64,000 nt of DNA from Squalus acanthias. Taxonomy: Eukaryota. The DNA lies in NCBI GenBank assembly GCA_030390025.1, contig CM059432.1, positions 112,780,001 to 112,844,000 of the forward strand. Reading direction: 5' to 3'. The position numbers were made by a program, and so were the translations under genes. This document shows, piece after piece, positions 12,931 through 24,386 of this stretch. Position 1 is the stretch's first letter; each line of letters begins with the position of its first letter. The notes below the pieces were generated by a model. The model was not told where the DNA came from and searched no databases. It saw nothing but the letters and a program-made list of their open reading frames with translations.

Positions 12931-14570
12931 CGTGAGGGCCCCGCCAAAGACTGCTCCACCTGCACCTGTGCAGGGGAGACTCGACCATCGGGAGACAGGG
13001 CAGCATGTGGGCTACTGACTGAGAGATGGGCTGTGAGTGAGAAGTGGAAGCGCTTTGAGTGGAGTCCCACTTCCATGACTCCTGTAGCCATCATCCCTCT
13101 CATGGGACAGCCACGCTTCACTACTACCACTGTGCTTTGGAATACTTTGGTGCAGATCAGTGCGGCCCTGCAAGGCCAAGGCTAAGGTATCTATCAACCT
13201 ATTTAAGGTGGCAGACGTGTTAGCATCCAGAGTCTGCACGGTGGTATTGAAGGCATGCATGGATCCATTTGATTGGAGTGTTTGATGGTCCATGGCACTG
13301 GCCACTCTATCATGGAAGAAGTCATCATCTCAATGGCTTGCGACATCACCCCCCCTCATGCTTGAGGTGAACTCCAATCTCTCTGCAATCGTGGTGAGTC
13401 TACTTTCAAAGCCTGTCAGTACATAGCACATTCTCTGCTGCTGCTCAATGAATCTCCTCTTCATTGACGACCACCGGGGTACAGCATCTGTGTCCAGCTG
13501 AGCAGAGCTTGGAGCATCCTGCGCCCTCCAACACGGACTCTCCACTGCTGTCCCTGTCTCCACCATCTGTTCTTGCTCAATTGTGAAGTGTGAGTTACCC
13601 AACTATCTGTTTTTACTAGTCCCACTAAAGTGTGAGTATCTGAGCATGGTCTGAAGGAGTCCTGTGACGGTGCACCCTCAGAAGGACTCATCTGAGGTCT
13701 CGTTGCCCACCACGTCCACCGACTCCAGCTGCATGTGTGAAGGCCCCATGGGAGATAAAAGGCATAAATTAGTTGTGGCAAGGTAATAATGTTGCACGTT
13801 ATCATTATGAAGATAAACAAAGTCAACATGACTGAGTGCCGTATGACATGTGGGTGGCCTTTATTTAATTGTGTCACCAGATAGCTGGGAGCTCCCTGTC
13901 TCCACTTATTTCCAGCGTCTCCTCCTCTGCAGTTGTGAGCTGCGTGATCTGCGGAGGGGCCGCCCTGGTTCTCTCCCTCTCTCTGGTGTTCTCTTCTCCT
14001 GCAAGGAGGGAAAGAACAGACCTATGAGTGAGTGTAATGGCATGTTCTCATCTGATGGATAGAGAGCATTTGGTGAGAGTGACTGAGGGAGAGGCATGAC
14101 ATTGCATCAGGGTGAGTGGGAGTGGTGGAAGGACAGATGGGGAGGTGAGGAAGTGCATAGAAAGAGAAGGATGGTTGCACCTGCAAGGTAAGCGGGTGTG
14201 AGGAGTGATGTACTGGAGTAGGCTTGAGAAGGCAGGGTGAGGGGGTAGGGTGATGCGCATAGCAGGATGTAGGTGAATGTGCCACTGTACTCACCTTTCC
14301 TGATCTGCTTATATCATTAAAGTGCTTTCTGCACTGAATCCAGAAGCTTGGCACCACGCTCCTGCTGCTGACCCCTTCTGCTACCTCCAACCACGCCTTC
14401 TTGGTCTCAGCTGCAGGCTTCTTCCTCCCATTGCTAAGGAACAGTATCTCTCTCCTACTCCTCACAGTCCCCGGCAGAACATCCAGGGAGGCGTAAGTGA
14501 AACGGGGCGCAGCCTTTGCCCGGCTGGACTCTATTCTGACACTTCCAGTTCTTTGACAGCCAACTCCATC
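12930..14570 (-). pseudogene. Harbinger Myb/SANT gene remnant (exon 1 ends 14295, exon 2 starts 13998)
   Basis: KAAPRFTYASLDVL..RSRREILF..KKAWLEVAEGVS..WIQCRKHFNDISRSGK|GTGAGT; acceptor ccttgcAG then EKRT. Confidence 0.8.
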
Positions 14571-15059
14571 TCTTTCAACTTGCTTGTTTGGATTGTCCCT
14601 TTAAATACTGGAATTGAGATCGCATCATGCGGGTCCTCATCACGCCCGCTGCTGCTGATTGAACGGGAAACCTGGAAGTAAAAAATAAGAGGTGGCTGGG
14701 TTAAAAAGTCACTGACAGACACACTGCACTATATTCTGGGTTTCCCGCGCGGAATTGGACCCCACCGCAACCAGCACGTCGCAAACTTAAAATCGGGGCC
14801 AAAGAATCTGAATAAAACAGTACTTTTTCCCCAAAAGGGAATTTAAGAAGTCTTGCAATAACATGCCATTGTTTGTGTTGGGTATATTTTAATAACTGCC
14901 TATGCCTCATCTAAATTAAGTATTTTAGTGGAATATTAATAACTGTGCTTTGTAGCTACTGATGACAGACAGATGGTCAATCACTTTTTATGTGAAATCC
15001 ACTGTATGGAATACAGGAACTGCCTTTTGACATGCAGCCAGTTTCAGATGCAATAGGAT

Positions 15060-15525
15060 GACTGGCGCTACAGTTTCAGTGTCCCGTGATATACGTTCAA
15101 TGTCAGTCAGGGTTTGAATGGAAGGGTAAATACATTGCAGGTCAACACACCCAATTCACAGCTTTACCCATTTTCCAATCATTCATTTTAGTGACTGGAG
15201 AATTCGGCATGCCGCAAGTCGGGCTTGCTCACCTCAACGCCCGGTTTTACTGATCCGAGCTCCCATCAAGTGAGACTCCACATCAGGAGTGTAGACACGT
15301 TGAATTTATCCTGTAATTCCCCCCAAAAAAGTTTAACGCAGGTCATGGGGCCAGCCTGCACGTCAGAGCATTCCAGCACCATTTGAACAATAGGGCCATC
15401 GTACTAGAGGTTAATTATCCTTTGCCATGCAATGACCACAGTCATAAAATCGGGCAGGGTGTAGCATGGGTGTCCCACATGATCCCGCCCCTTTCCCGCC
15501 AGGCAGGCTCAGTTAAAATTAGGCC
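15060..15525. mobile_element. Decayed Harbinger-like MITE
   Basis: Right terminus GTTAAAATTAGGCC followed by TTA; left end not resolved. Confidence 0.45.
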
Positions 15526-17079
15526 TTACATCAAATTTTACACCAAAGTTATACATTATCCGTAAAAATTTATTTTCTCGACTTAAACTTATTGTCCATA
15601 GAACACCTTTAAATGTGTTTTTATTCTGGCATCATGTACCTAGAACATGAAATAAATAACAGTTAATTAAGTCATGTTGGTATTCAAAGCAGAGGTATTT
15701 TCCAACATATCAGAGATTCGAGTAAGCAGTGCCCACCACTTTCTGACTATTTCAAATAATGCTCAGGAAATTGTGGGCAGTGCATGCACGAATTCCAAAT
15801 ATGTATTGTCAGTGGGCAAGGCGGTCCCCTGGAGTGCAATGGCAGAAAATTAGCCCTTTCATGCCACCATCTATTTAAAAATTGGTGACATGAATATATT
15901 ATCATTATTAATTTATTGGGATTGATCGTTAAGGCATCCTTTTTTGAATTTACATACTTTGATTTTACCTATTCTTTTAACACTGTGAGGATTTTCTTCC
16001 CATGTTAGGAGCATTCTTAAATACACCAGGTGCTATTGTTTTCCTTTTATATACATTGTCAGGGAGAAACTTATACACATTACTAAGGATATGTATCAAA
16101 TAGAAGGGGTCGTTACAGCTGCAGAGTGTTGCATGTCATCAGTTCTGTTTCTCAAACTTGTGCTTTCAGTGCTTCTAAGATATAAATGAATGCAAAGCCA
16201 TAGCAAAGCCAACACACATAGAATACTATTTACTGAAGTACATAAAAATGGAAATTACCATTCACAAGGTGTGATACACTCTCATTTAATTGGAAGTTGA
16301 AATATTAATTTCTGATCGCTCCGCGATATTTAACCTTACTGCTGTAATCTATGTTCTGAGATCACCTCTTCTAGATCAGCTCAAAGATCCCAACTACGTT
16401 CATTATTTAATAAGGAACTCGACATTTATCACTATAGCTTTGAATTCAGTAACCGACTATGTAATGGTTCTCTGAGTCCTCTGTTTGGTAGAAAAGTATA
16501 ACTTTCTATAACTAATTGTCATATTTTAAACTGTTGAGATCTGAAACACATTTCAAATTGTGCTTTCCTGTTTTTATTGTCAATAATTATAACATTGTAT
16601 ATGTATTAAAATTGTGTGGTTGAACTAGTCAACTTGTGAAGTTATAAGTTAAAACGTGAGGAAGAAAGTTTCACCACTGCACAAGCCAATACGGATCAAG
16701 ATGTTTATTTCACTTAACTTTCTTTCTGCTTAACTTAAACTTTTGCAAAATGTTAAACTATTTTACTAATAGTTTCAATTCCAGTGCCAATGAAAGATAA
16801 TGGCATGCTGACTAATGTTCCATCTAAGCTCCCGCACGGGCAGCTGCACCGCAAATTTAAAGGTACTGCGCAAAAAAACCAATTAGAGGGAACCTTGATG
16901 CTGACTATCAACATAAACTGGAGTTATGCGGCTTTGTGGGTAAATAGTGATTTTCATGAAGTTATTATGCATGACTATTGCACTCTCACAACTGGATTAC
17001 TGAACTTTTCATTTATTAGAAACAAAGAAGTTTATAGCACAGAAAGGGCTATTTGACGTACTGTCTGTACTGGCTCTTT

Positions 17080-17372
17080 TTACATAGGATTACAAAGGAT
17101 ATACAGCACAGAAACAGGCCATTCGGCCCAACCAGTCCATGCCGGCGTTTATGCTCCACACGAGCCTCCTCTCGTCTTTCCTCATCTAACTCTATCAGCA
17201 AAACCCTCTATTCCCTTCTCCCTCATATGCTTGTCTAGCCTCCCCTTAAATGCATCTATACTATTCGCTTCAACCACTCCCTGTGGTAGTGAGTTCCACA
17301 TTCTCTCCACTCTCTGGGTAAAGAAGTTTCCTCTGAATTCCCTATTTGATTTCTTGGTGACTATCTTATATT
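17080..17372 (-). mobile_element. CR1 3' end, subfamily with GGAGGCTCGTGTGGAGCATAAAC 3'UTR
   Basis: ORF 17182-17382 (FRGNFFTQRVERMWNSLPQ) plus tandem tail (tacataggattacaaaggat on +). Confidence 0.9.
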
Positions 17373-17929
17373 GAGACCACACCTGGAGTATTGTGTACAG
17401 TTTTGGTTTCCTTACCTAAAGAAGGATATACTTGCCATAGAGGGAGTGCAACAAAGGTTCACCAGACCGGTTCCTAGGATGGTGGGATTGTCCTATGAGA
17501 AGAAATTGAGTAGACTAGGCCTATATTCTCCAGAGTTTCGAAGAATGAGAGGTGATCTCATTGAAACATACAAAATTCTTACAGGGCTTGACAGGGTAGA
17601 TGCAGGGAGGATGTTTCCCCTGGCTGGGGAGTCTAGAACCAGGGGTCACAGTTTCAGAAAAAGGGGTCGGCCATTTAGGACTGAGATGAGGAGAAATTTC
17701 TTCACTCAGAGGGTGGTGAATCTTTGGAATTCTCTACCCCAGAGGGCTGTGGAGGCTCAGTCGGTGAGTATATTCAAGATAGAGATCAATAGAATTTTGA
17801 ATATTAAGGGAATCAAGGGATATGGGGATAGTGGGGGAAAGTGGAGATGAGTGGAGAACAGCCATGATCTTATTGAATGGTGGAGCAAGCTCGAAGGGCC
17901 AAATGGCCTACTCCGACTCCTGTTTCTTT
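17373..17929 (+). mobile_element. CR1 3' end, subfamily with GGAGCAAGCTCGAAGGGCC 3'UTR
   Basis: ORF 17371-17850 (RPHLEYCVQFW..RNFFTQRVVNLWNSLP) followed by 3'UTR. Confidence 0.92.
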
Positions 17930-18041
17930 TGGCTCTTTGCTGAAGCAATTCAAAATTAATTCCAAAGCTCTGCTCCCTCCCTATAGCCCTGCACCTTTCT
18001 CTGCCTCAAATATTTATCCGCTTTTTCCTGAAAAGAAAATT

Positions 18042-18529
18042 GGTCCGGATTTTAACTCCAGGCGGAATTCCCCGCTCAGGCCGGAGTTAAAATTAGTCAG
18101 GTCTCAACGATGTCATCGGGCCACAGCATGCATATGTACAGAAGGACCTTGTTGGCTCCGGGCGCGTGTCCTTGCTGCCTGCTCAGGAGAGCAGGTTAAA
18201 ATTGCAGATGTTACGATCATGGTGGCTTTCGGACCGGTAAGAGCCAGGGCGATTTTAACTGCCCACCCGCCAGGTTTCTGCTGAGCGAGTAGGGTTAAAA
18301 TAGCCCCTGTGTGCCTCAGTAAGAATTCTTCAATCTGGTTGGTTGAAGAGACATGCAGTTCCTTGGCCTATTCACACAGGTCCCAGATCCCCTGTAGAGT
18401 GCACTGCGCACTTTTGGCTCTCTAATACTGTAAGTTGCCACACAAAAGCCCACTAAAAGTCCGTGGGCAGCTGTAAGCATAATGTACGGCGAGCGCCGTT
18501 TGTTTGCCTCAGACTGCAAAACCTGGGCC
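18042..18529. mobile_element. Harbinger MITE (18042-18307) abutting the right arm of a second MITE (18308-18529)
   Basis: GGTCCGGATTTTAAC / GTTAAAATAGCCCC ends; the second piece ends GCAAAACCTGGGCC and matches 19600-19819. Confidence 0.65.
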
Positions 18530-18746
18530 AATGTTCTTTGCAGCAACTACTCCCTGTGCCAAAGCAGCCCATTACCCAACAACCCTCTGTATAAAGAGGT
18601 TTATCCTAACCTCCCTCCTCACTCTCTTAGTGACAATTTTAAATTAATAAACCCTTGTTATGAACTCCCCAACCAGAAGAAATAATCTTTCCCTATTCAC
18701 TTTCGCTGCTGGAACAATGTAAGATAGATACCATTACAAACATGTT

Positions 18747-19819
18747 GGTCCGGATTTTGCGATAGAAATAATTGTGAGGCTTTCAGCGCTCACCGTTATT
18801 ATGGAGTAAGAGGACAGCAACTTCCAGCGTCCACACGTGCGCAGTTAAAAGTAGAAATCAGGAAGTTTTGCCCTGCTCCTTCACAAGATTCGCTACACCA
18901 GTGCCTCCCAATAGATTCAGCATTGAAATGCATGATGGGCGTGAAGTTGCTGTACTTACCCACTAGATACCCACTAAACACACCTGAAATAGTTAGGGCT
19001 GGTCCATTCAGGTGTAAGTGAAATTTTAACGGCATGATAAGTCTTAATTACTGCCAAACAACCCCTCTGGCCCATAAAATTTATTTTTACATGTGTGGAA
19101 ACTCATTCCTTCAGACTTTAATTATTGTTGGAGATTTAAAAAAAATTAAAATAATTTTTTTACACTTTTTCTGTCTCTTAATCCCATTTTCATTTCCCCC
19201 TCTTTATTTTACTTTCTATCTCTTCATCACTAACCCAACAGCAGAGGTCCCTGGCTTCGACCTCCCTCGAAGACAGTGGACAGCGCTCAACTGAATCCAC
19301 ACAGGACATTGATGATGCGGCCACCTGCTCCACAAGTGGAAGATGAGGGATAACCCGAAGTGCGACTGTGGCCGTGAGTTCCAGACCATGGAACACATCA
19401 CATCAACCTGCCCACTAAGATCTGTTGCGGGAAGCACCTCATTTCTCCACTCAGCATCTCAGGAGGCCATCGAATGGATAGCCAAACTAGACATCCCATT
19501 ATAAGCTTTTCCCATGATACAAAACACCAACATTTCGCTTTCTGTACATGATTTTACATTGAATTTAATATTCTACTTTATACTTCCTGGTTTGGAATCT
19601 GCGTGGCTCAGTGAGGATTCTTCGATCTGATTGGTTGAGGAGACACGTTGCTTGCTCTGCTCACACAGGTGCTCAGATCCCCTGTAGAGGGCGCCGCCTG
19701 AAAAGGATCTCCAGTAACCATAAGTTGCCGCTCAAAAGCCCACAAAAAGTCTGTGGGCAGCTGTAAGCATAATGAACAGCGAGTGCCATTCCTCCGCCGC
19801 TGACTGCAAAATCCTGGCC
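18747..19819. mobile_element. Harbinger MITE carrying a LINE fragment
   Basis: TIRs GGTCCGGATTTTGC / GCAAAATCCTGGCC. Confidence 0.75.
19218..19530 (+). mobile_element. 3' end of an I-group (Vingi/Ingi-like) non-LTR retrotransposon
   Basis: Translates PTAEVPGFDLPRRQWTALN*IHTGH**CGHLLHKWKMRDNPKCDCGREFQTMEHITSTCP..EAIEWIAKLDIPL*, with a C-terminal CCHC motif. Clade assigned from memory of motifs. Confidence 0.65.
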
Positions 19820-20068
19820 AATGTGTTTGGCTGATTTCTGTCTACCCCATCAATAAATTCACACTTCATGAAATCGACTGTAGTAAATTGCAATCAGCCA
19901 CTATTTTAATTGGCAACTGTAAAATCTACAAAAATGGGGTTATGAATACTTTATTTAAAAGAAGAGGAAAATGTGACTTCTACTCAGTTTTACTCTTTTT
20001 TTTCAGTGTGCGCGATTAGGACAAACCTAATTTACAAAGGAAGAGGACCTATATAATTAAAATATAAA

Positions 20069-20819
20069 GGGGGAGAAATTCGGTTACGCCCCATTTGAGA
20101 GCAGTAACCGAATTAGCGCAAGCCTTTTAGCGCCCTGGCCACTAAATTTGGCTTACTGCCCCGGCAAGGAAGTGGAGTGCTATCTCGGGCGCTCCACTTC
20201 CTCTCGGGGCGGTGTCTGGGGCGAAAAGTAAGATAGCGCCGGAGCACTATGCGGCTGCTCCGCGTAGCGCTGACGCATTTCATCGCCCCTCCCCTTCCAT
20301 TAAAGGGGAGGGATGCTGCGCACTCTGCAGGCCGTTTGACGGCCTCTACTATCCCACCAGGGCGGCGTGGTGCCGTGGCCGCAGCCCAGCACCGAGACGC
20401 CGTGCCAGGCTGCGTGATGGTGGCCACAGTCCACGCCAAGGTCCGCCACGAGGGTCCGACCTGAAGGTCGGCCAAAACAATGAAATGGCGGTGCAGGGCG
20501 CAGCCGGGCTTCCCCTTTAGTTACCGTCTCGCGAGCGAAGGTCAGCCCGGTTCGCGACCCACGAGGCTGTCGCTGACATCGTCCGTGGCAGCTTCGCGGG
20601 GCACAGCCGAATTTCTGCCGCAGGGCTAAGGGATCGCGTCGCTCGGCGATGACATCATCGCCGGTGGCGCAGTGCCGCGGGGCACTACCGGCTACTGCCG
20701 CTGCTAACCTCCCACTGAATTTCGCAGAAGGCGTTAGCAGCGCCATGCCCGGGCACTAGGGGATTTGCGCCCCGTTAGCGCCCCCCGCGAGAGAAGCAAA
20801 CCAACCCAATTTTCCCCCC
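20069..20819. mobile_element. GC-rich Harbinger MITE
   Basis: TIRs GGGGGAGAAATT / AATTTTCCCCCC; AAA TSD. Confidence 0.88.
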
Positions 20820-20873
20820 AAAGGCTTCAGCTCTCTATATAATAAAGGTACTAACTACTTGTGTTAGGATCGT

Positions 20874-20975
20874 AAACAAGAACAGAAAATGCTGCAAACA
20901 CTCAGCAGGTCAGGCAGCATTGTGGTGAGAGAAACAGAGTTAACGTTTCAGGTCGATAACCCTTCGTCAGAACGG
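20874..20975 (-). mobile_element. Short Penelope pLTR-derived insertion with a 14-bp TSD
   Basis: Matches the terminal region of the Penelope-like element (about 59650-59748); TGTGTTAGGATCGT at 20860-20873 and 20976-20989. Confidence 0.85.
20938..20973 (-). ncRNA. Minimal type I hammerhead ribozyme motif
   Basis: Minus strand reads GUU-CUGACGA-AGG(guuaucga)CCU-GAAA-CGUU-AAC: core boxes CUGAnGA and GAAA, 3-bp stem II, loopless palindromic stem III (ACGU), stem I GUU/AAC. Confidence 0.7.
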
Positions 20976-21878
20976 TGTGTTAGGATCGTGTTGGCAGTTA
21001 AGTCCGTTACATAGGCCTGAAGTCACTGTGTTGGAATAAACCCATGATTTACTTAATAATGCTTCAATTCTAACCCCATTGTATAGTTCTCTGAAGAGCA
21101 TGTTCTCTGCAGACCTCTCTCTGTATAACCAACATATATATATATACACAAAAAATATCCCCAGTAACTTTTGTGTTGTGAAATGTGGACTATGGGAGCA
21201 ATGGAGCAGTACTGCAGATGTTGTAGGTTACCAGCATAGATATATTTTTGGCCTTGAGAGTTCTCACCTCCAGCTAGTATATGCAAATACAGATGGAGAA
21301 TTCTGTATCTTTCAGAAAATGTAATAAGGTTGTAATTAATTGAGCAGAGAGGAGGTAGTGTTCACTTCTGAATGAGGCAGTAATTCTGTTGGGCTGAGAG
21401 TTGAGTATTATTGTAGCACGAGGCATACAATGAAAATTGTACTTAAAAAAAGCATGATAGGAATTCAGGCAGTCTATTTTGTTTTGATTTCTCTGAAGAA
21501 TTTTTACCAAGGCAAAAATATTAAAAGGATGTTGCCACCGTCTCTGAAATGTTACCTTGAAAATCTTCCTTCCCGTATTGTCAGTAAATGAGCAATGCAA
21601 TGACAATTGCCATATTGCACTGAGGAACCTGGTCTGGAAAAGCCACATACTGATATTGGATAAAAAAAGTAGAAAAAGTGTTACATTCCTCCAGTACTAT
21701 CAATTTGCCATTTTTTTTAAATTGTAGATTATAATTACTTCCTAATTAGATGTTGAAAACTAGTCTTGTGCTGCTGTAATCTTGCGAATTTACCCTTTAG
21801 AGAAGCACTTTCAATCTTTATTTTTTTCAAAATGAAAAAGATAGGAGTTATGTCAGAGTGTGGGGAAGTAATGCGTGT

Positions 21879-22012
21879 GAACATAAGAACATAAGAAATA
21901 AGAGCCGGAGTCGGCCATACGGCCCCTCGAGCCTGCTCCGCCATTCAGTAAGATCATGGATGATCATCGACCTCAACTCACTTTCCTGCACTATCCCCAT
22001 ATCCCTTGATAT
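21879..22012 (-). mobile_element. Very short CR1 3' end
   Basis: Tail gaacataagaacataagaa plus 3'UTR ggcccctcgagcctgctccgcc. Confidence 0.85.
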
Positions 22013-22628
22013 TCACCTCGTGCTTCAGTGCTGGGGCCACTGCTGTTCTGTGTACATGATGTGGACTCAGGAACTCAATGCAAAGTGCTCACACTTGCAG
22101 ATGATACCAAACTAGGAAGGGCAGCAGAACCAGAGGAGCCATTTCAGAAATTACAGAATGAGTTGGGCAAAATATGCCAGTGGGCAGAACAATAGCAGAT
22201 TAAATTTAATGCAGACAAGTGCTACACATAGGAAAGTAAAATAGACGACACATGTACTTCACAAATGGTGTTCAAGTAGCTAAGTGTGAAGCTGAAAGAG
22301 ACCTGGGAGTCCCAGTAGACTTAATGTCCAGCCAATGCAGAGCAGCAATCAACAAAGCTAATAGGATATTTAACTACATAGCTAAAAGAGTAGAGTACAA
22401 GTCAGAGGAGGTAATGATCAAACTGTATAGTGCTCTGGTCAGACTGTACCTTGAATACTATGTCCAGTTCTGGTCACCAAGAAACAGGTGAAACATTCAA
22501 GCACTGGGGGCAGTGCAGAGAAGAGCCAGAAGCTGATCCGCAGCATCAGGTGTCTGAGTTATGAAAACAGATGGGAGAAACTTAGGCTTTTCAGCGTGGA
22601 AAGGAAGCATCTGAGATGATGAGACAGA

Positions 22629-23468
22629 GGCCGCGAGGTTAAAGCCCTATTGATTGACGGCGGGTCCCGAACCCGCCGTCAACCCGCCTCCAAACAGCCT
22701 TCCCAAGTGTCGGGTCCCCAATTTGCGAATGGACCCGACACCTAGCGGTGGGAAACGGATTAAAAGTAATTACCTGCCTATTAACAGGTACTTGTCAGTA
22801 GTGTTCAGCTTGTTTTTTGATTTTCCCGCCTCTGGGTCGGGTTTCACGATGTCCGGACACCACCAGGTAATTGTTGCGTGTTGTGAGTCTGGTGTAATGT
22901 TTGTGAAAAGATGACAGCTGCAGAAGTGGTGTGAAGGATGCAATGTTGCACATGGTGAGTTTCAGAGCAAAGAACATGTTGGTTACTGCATTTTTAAAAC
23001 AAATACAGATTTCTTTAGCTTACAAGTTTTTAAATCCAACTATATGTTCAGTGCCCCCTCATTGGGAGAACCTCTCTCACCAGTGACAGATCGCTTCTGT
23101 CATCTCACCTGCAGCTGCCATCTATTCCAGCATATGGAGGGAGTCATTGGAGAGCCTGGGTACAAGAGTTCACCTTTATGCAGTGATTGTCAGTGTTTTC
23201 AGCACCTCAATGCTGTCAAACACTGAGAAATCAACTGTCAAAATAAAATTGTGCATGGTCCCTTTAAGGAAACCGGCAGATGATGCATCATCAAATGACG
23301 TCATCAGACTCGCTTCCTGTTAATTGGCCATTAAGCCCGCAGGGCGGGCTCAACAACGTCGATTAAGGGAAAATCACATCTGTGGAGCGGAGGCAGCTGG
23401 GGGCGGGACCGGAACCCGGAAACCAGCTGACCCGCCCCCATCCCGACACCGAACGCAAAATCGCGGCC
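22629..23468. mobile_element. Non-autonomous Harbinger deletion derivative
   Basis: GGCCGCGA / TCGCGGCC ends; AGA TSD, with the empty site gagacagagactgtcc seen in the sister CR1 near 30788. Confidence 0.85.
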
Positions 23469-23916
23469 AGAGACTGTCCACAGTAAACTGGGCCAATCTA
23501 TTAGTGGGTAAAATGACAGAAGATCAGTGGGAGATGTTTAAAAAAGAATTTAAGGCGATACAGAACCTGTTTATACCCCTGAGGGGCAAGAACTCTATGT
23601 AGCCAAAAAAACAGCAACGAACGACTAAAGAGGTAAGGGACAGCATAAAACTAAAGGAAAGGGCGTACAAAAATCCAAAAAATAGCACAGATCCTGGCAA
23701 ATGGGAAAGATACAAGAACAGCAAAGGGTCACAAAACAGATAGAGCTTCAAAAAGGTAGTATGAAAAGAAACTTGCAAGGTATATCAAAATCAACACAAA
23801 GAATTTTTACAATTATATTAGGAAAACGAGGGTAGTCAGGAGGAATGTTGGCCCCTTAAAAACTGATATCGGTGATATTGTCAATGATAAGGAAATGGTG
23901 GACATGTTGATTAATT

Positions 23917-24386
23917 GTGTGTCAGCCAGTGGCTCAATTGGTAGCACCCTTGGTGTCAGAAGGTTGTGGGGTCAGGTCCTGCTCCAGAGACTTGAGCACA
24001 AAAATCTAGGCTGACACTCCAGTGCAGTACTGAGGGAGTGCTGCACTGGTGGAGATGCCGTCTTTTGGATGAGACGTTAAACCAAGGCCCCGTCTTCTCT
24101 CTCAGGTGGGCGTAAAAGATCCTGTGGCACTATTTCAAAGAAGAGCAGGAGAGTTATCCCCTGGGTCCTGGCCAATATTTATCCCTCAATCAACATAATA
24201 AAAACAGATGATCTGGTCATTATCACATTGCTGTTTGTGGGAGCTTGCTGAGCGCAAATTGGCTGCCGCGTTTCCTACATTACAACAGTGACTACACTTC
24301 AAAAAGTACTTAATTGGCTGTAAAGTGCTTTGGGATGTCCGGTGGTCGTGAAAGGCGCTATATAAATGCAAGTCTTTCTTTCTTTC
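23917..24386 (+). mobile_element. tRNA-headed Deu-domain SINE (SacSINE1/AmnSINE-like)
   Basis: A-box-like tggctcaattgg; Deu-like core (gagacgttaaaccaaggcccc..taaaagatcctgtggcactattt); (CTTT)n tail; TAATT TSD. Confidence 0.85.

Larger units (their letters stand above)
11038..14800. mobile_element. Harbinger transposon with both ends intact, nuclease (+) and Myb (-) remnants, interrupted by a CR1
   Basis: TIRs GGCCTGAATTTTAA / TTAAAATCGGGGCC; AAA on both flanks; subterminal (GTGCGTGGGTTTGG)n at 11061-11110. Confidence 0.9.
17018..18700 (-). mobile_element. Old CR1 3' end in three pieces (17018-17079, 17930-18040, 18530-18700), host to later insertions
   Basis: The pieces join into a continuous CR1 3'UTR/ORF2 end resembling 35958-36300 once the inserts are removed. 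Confidence 0.65.

Noticed and set aside
21879..22615. Apparent fourth head-to-head CR1 pair
   Set aside because: The plus-strand old CR1 appears to begin upstream (about 21830), so the short minus copy is a simple nested insertion.
23917..24000. tRNA gene (also at 45508, 56255 and 63843)
   Set aside because: The tRNA-like heads run directly into SINE bodies, and no complete cloverleaf is evident.
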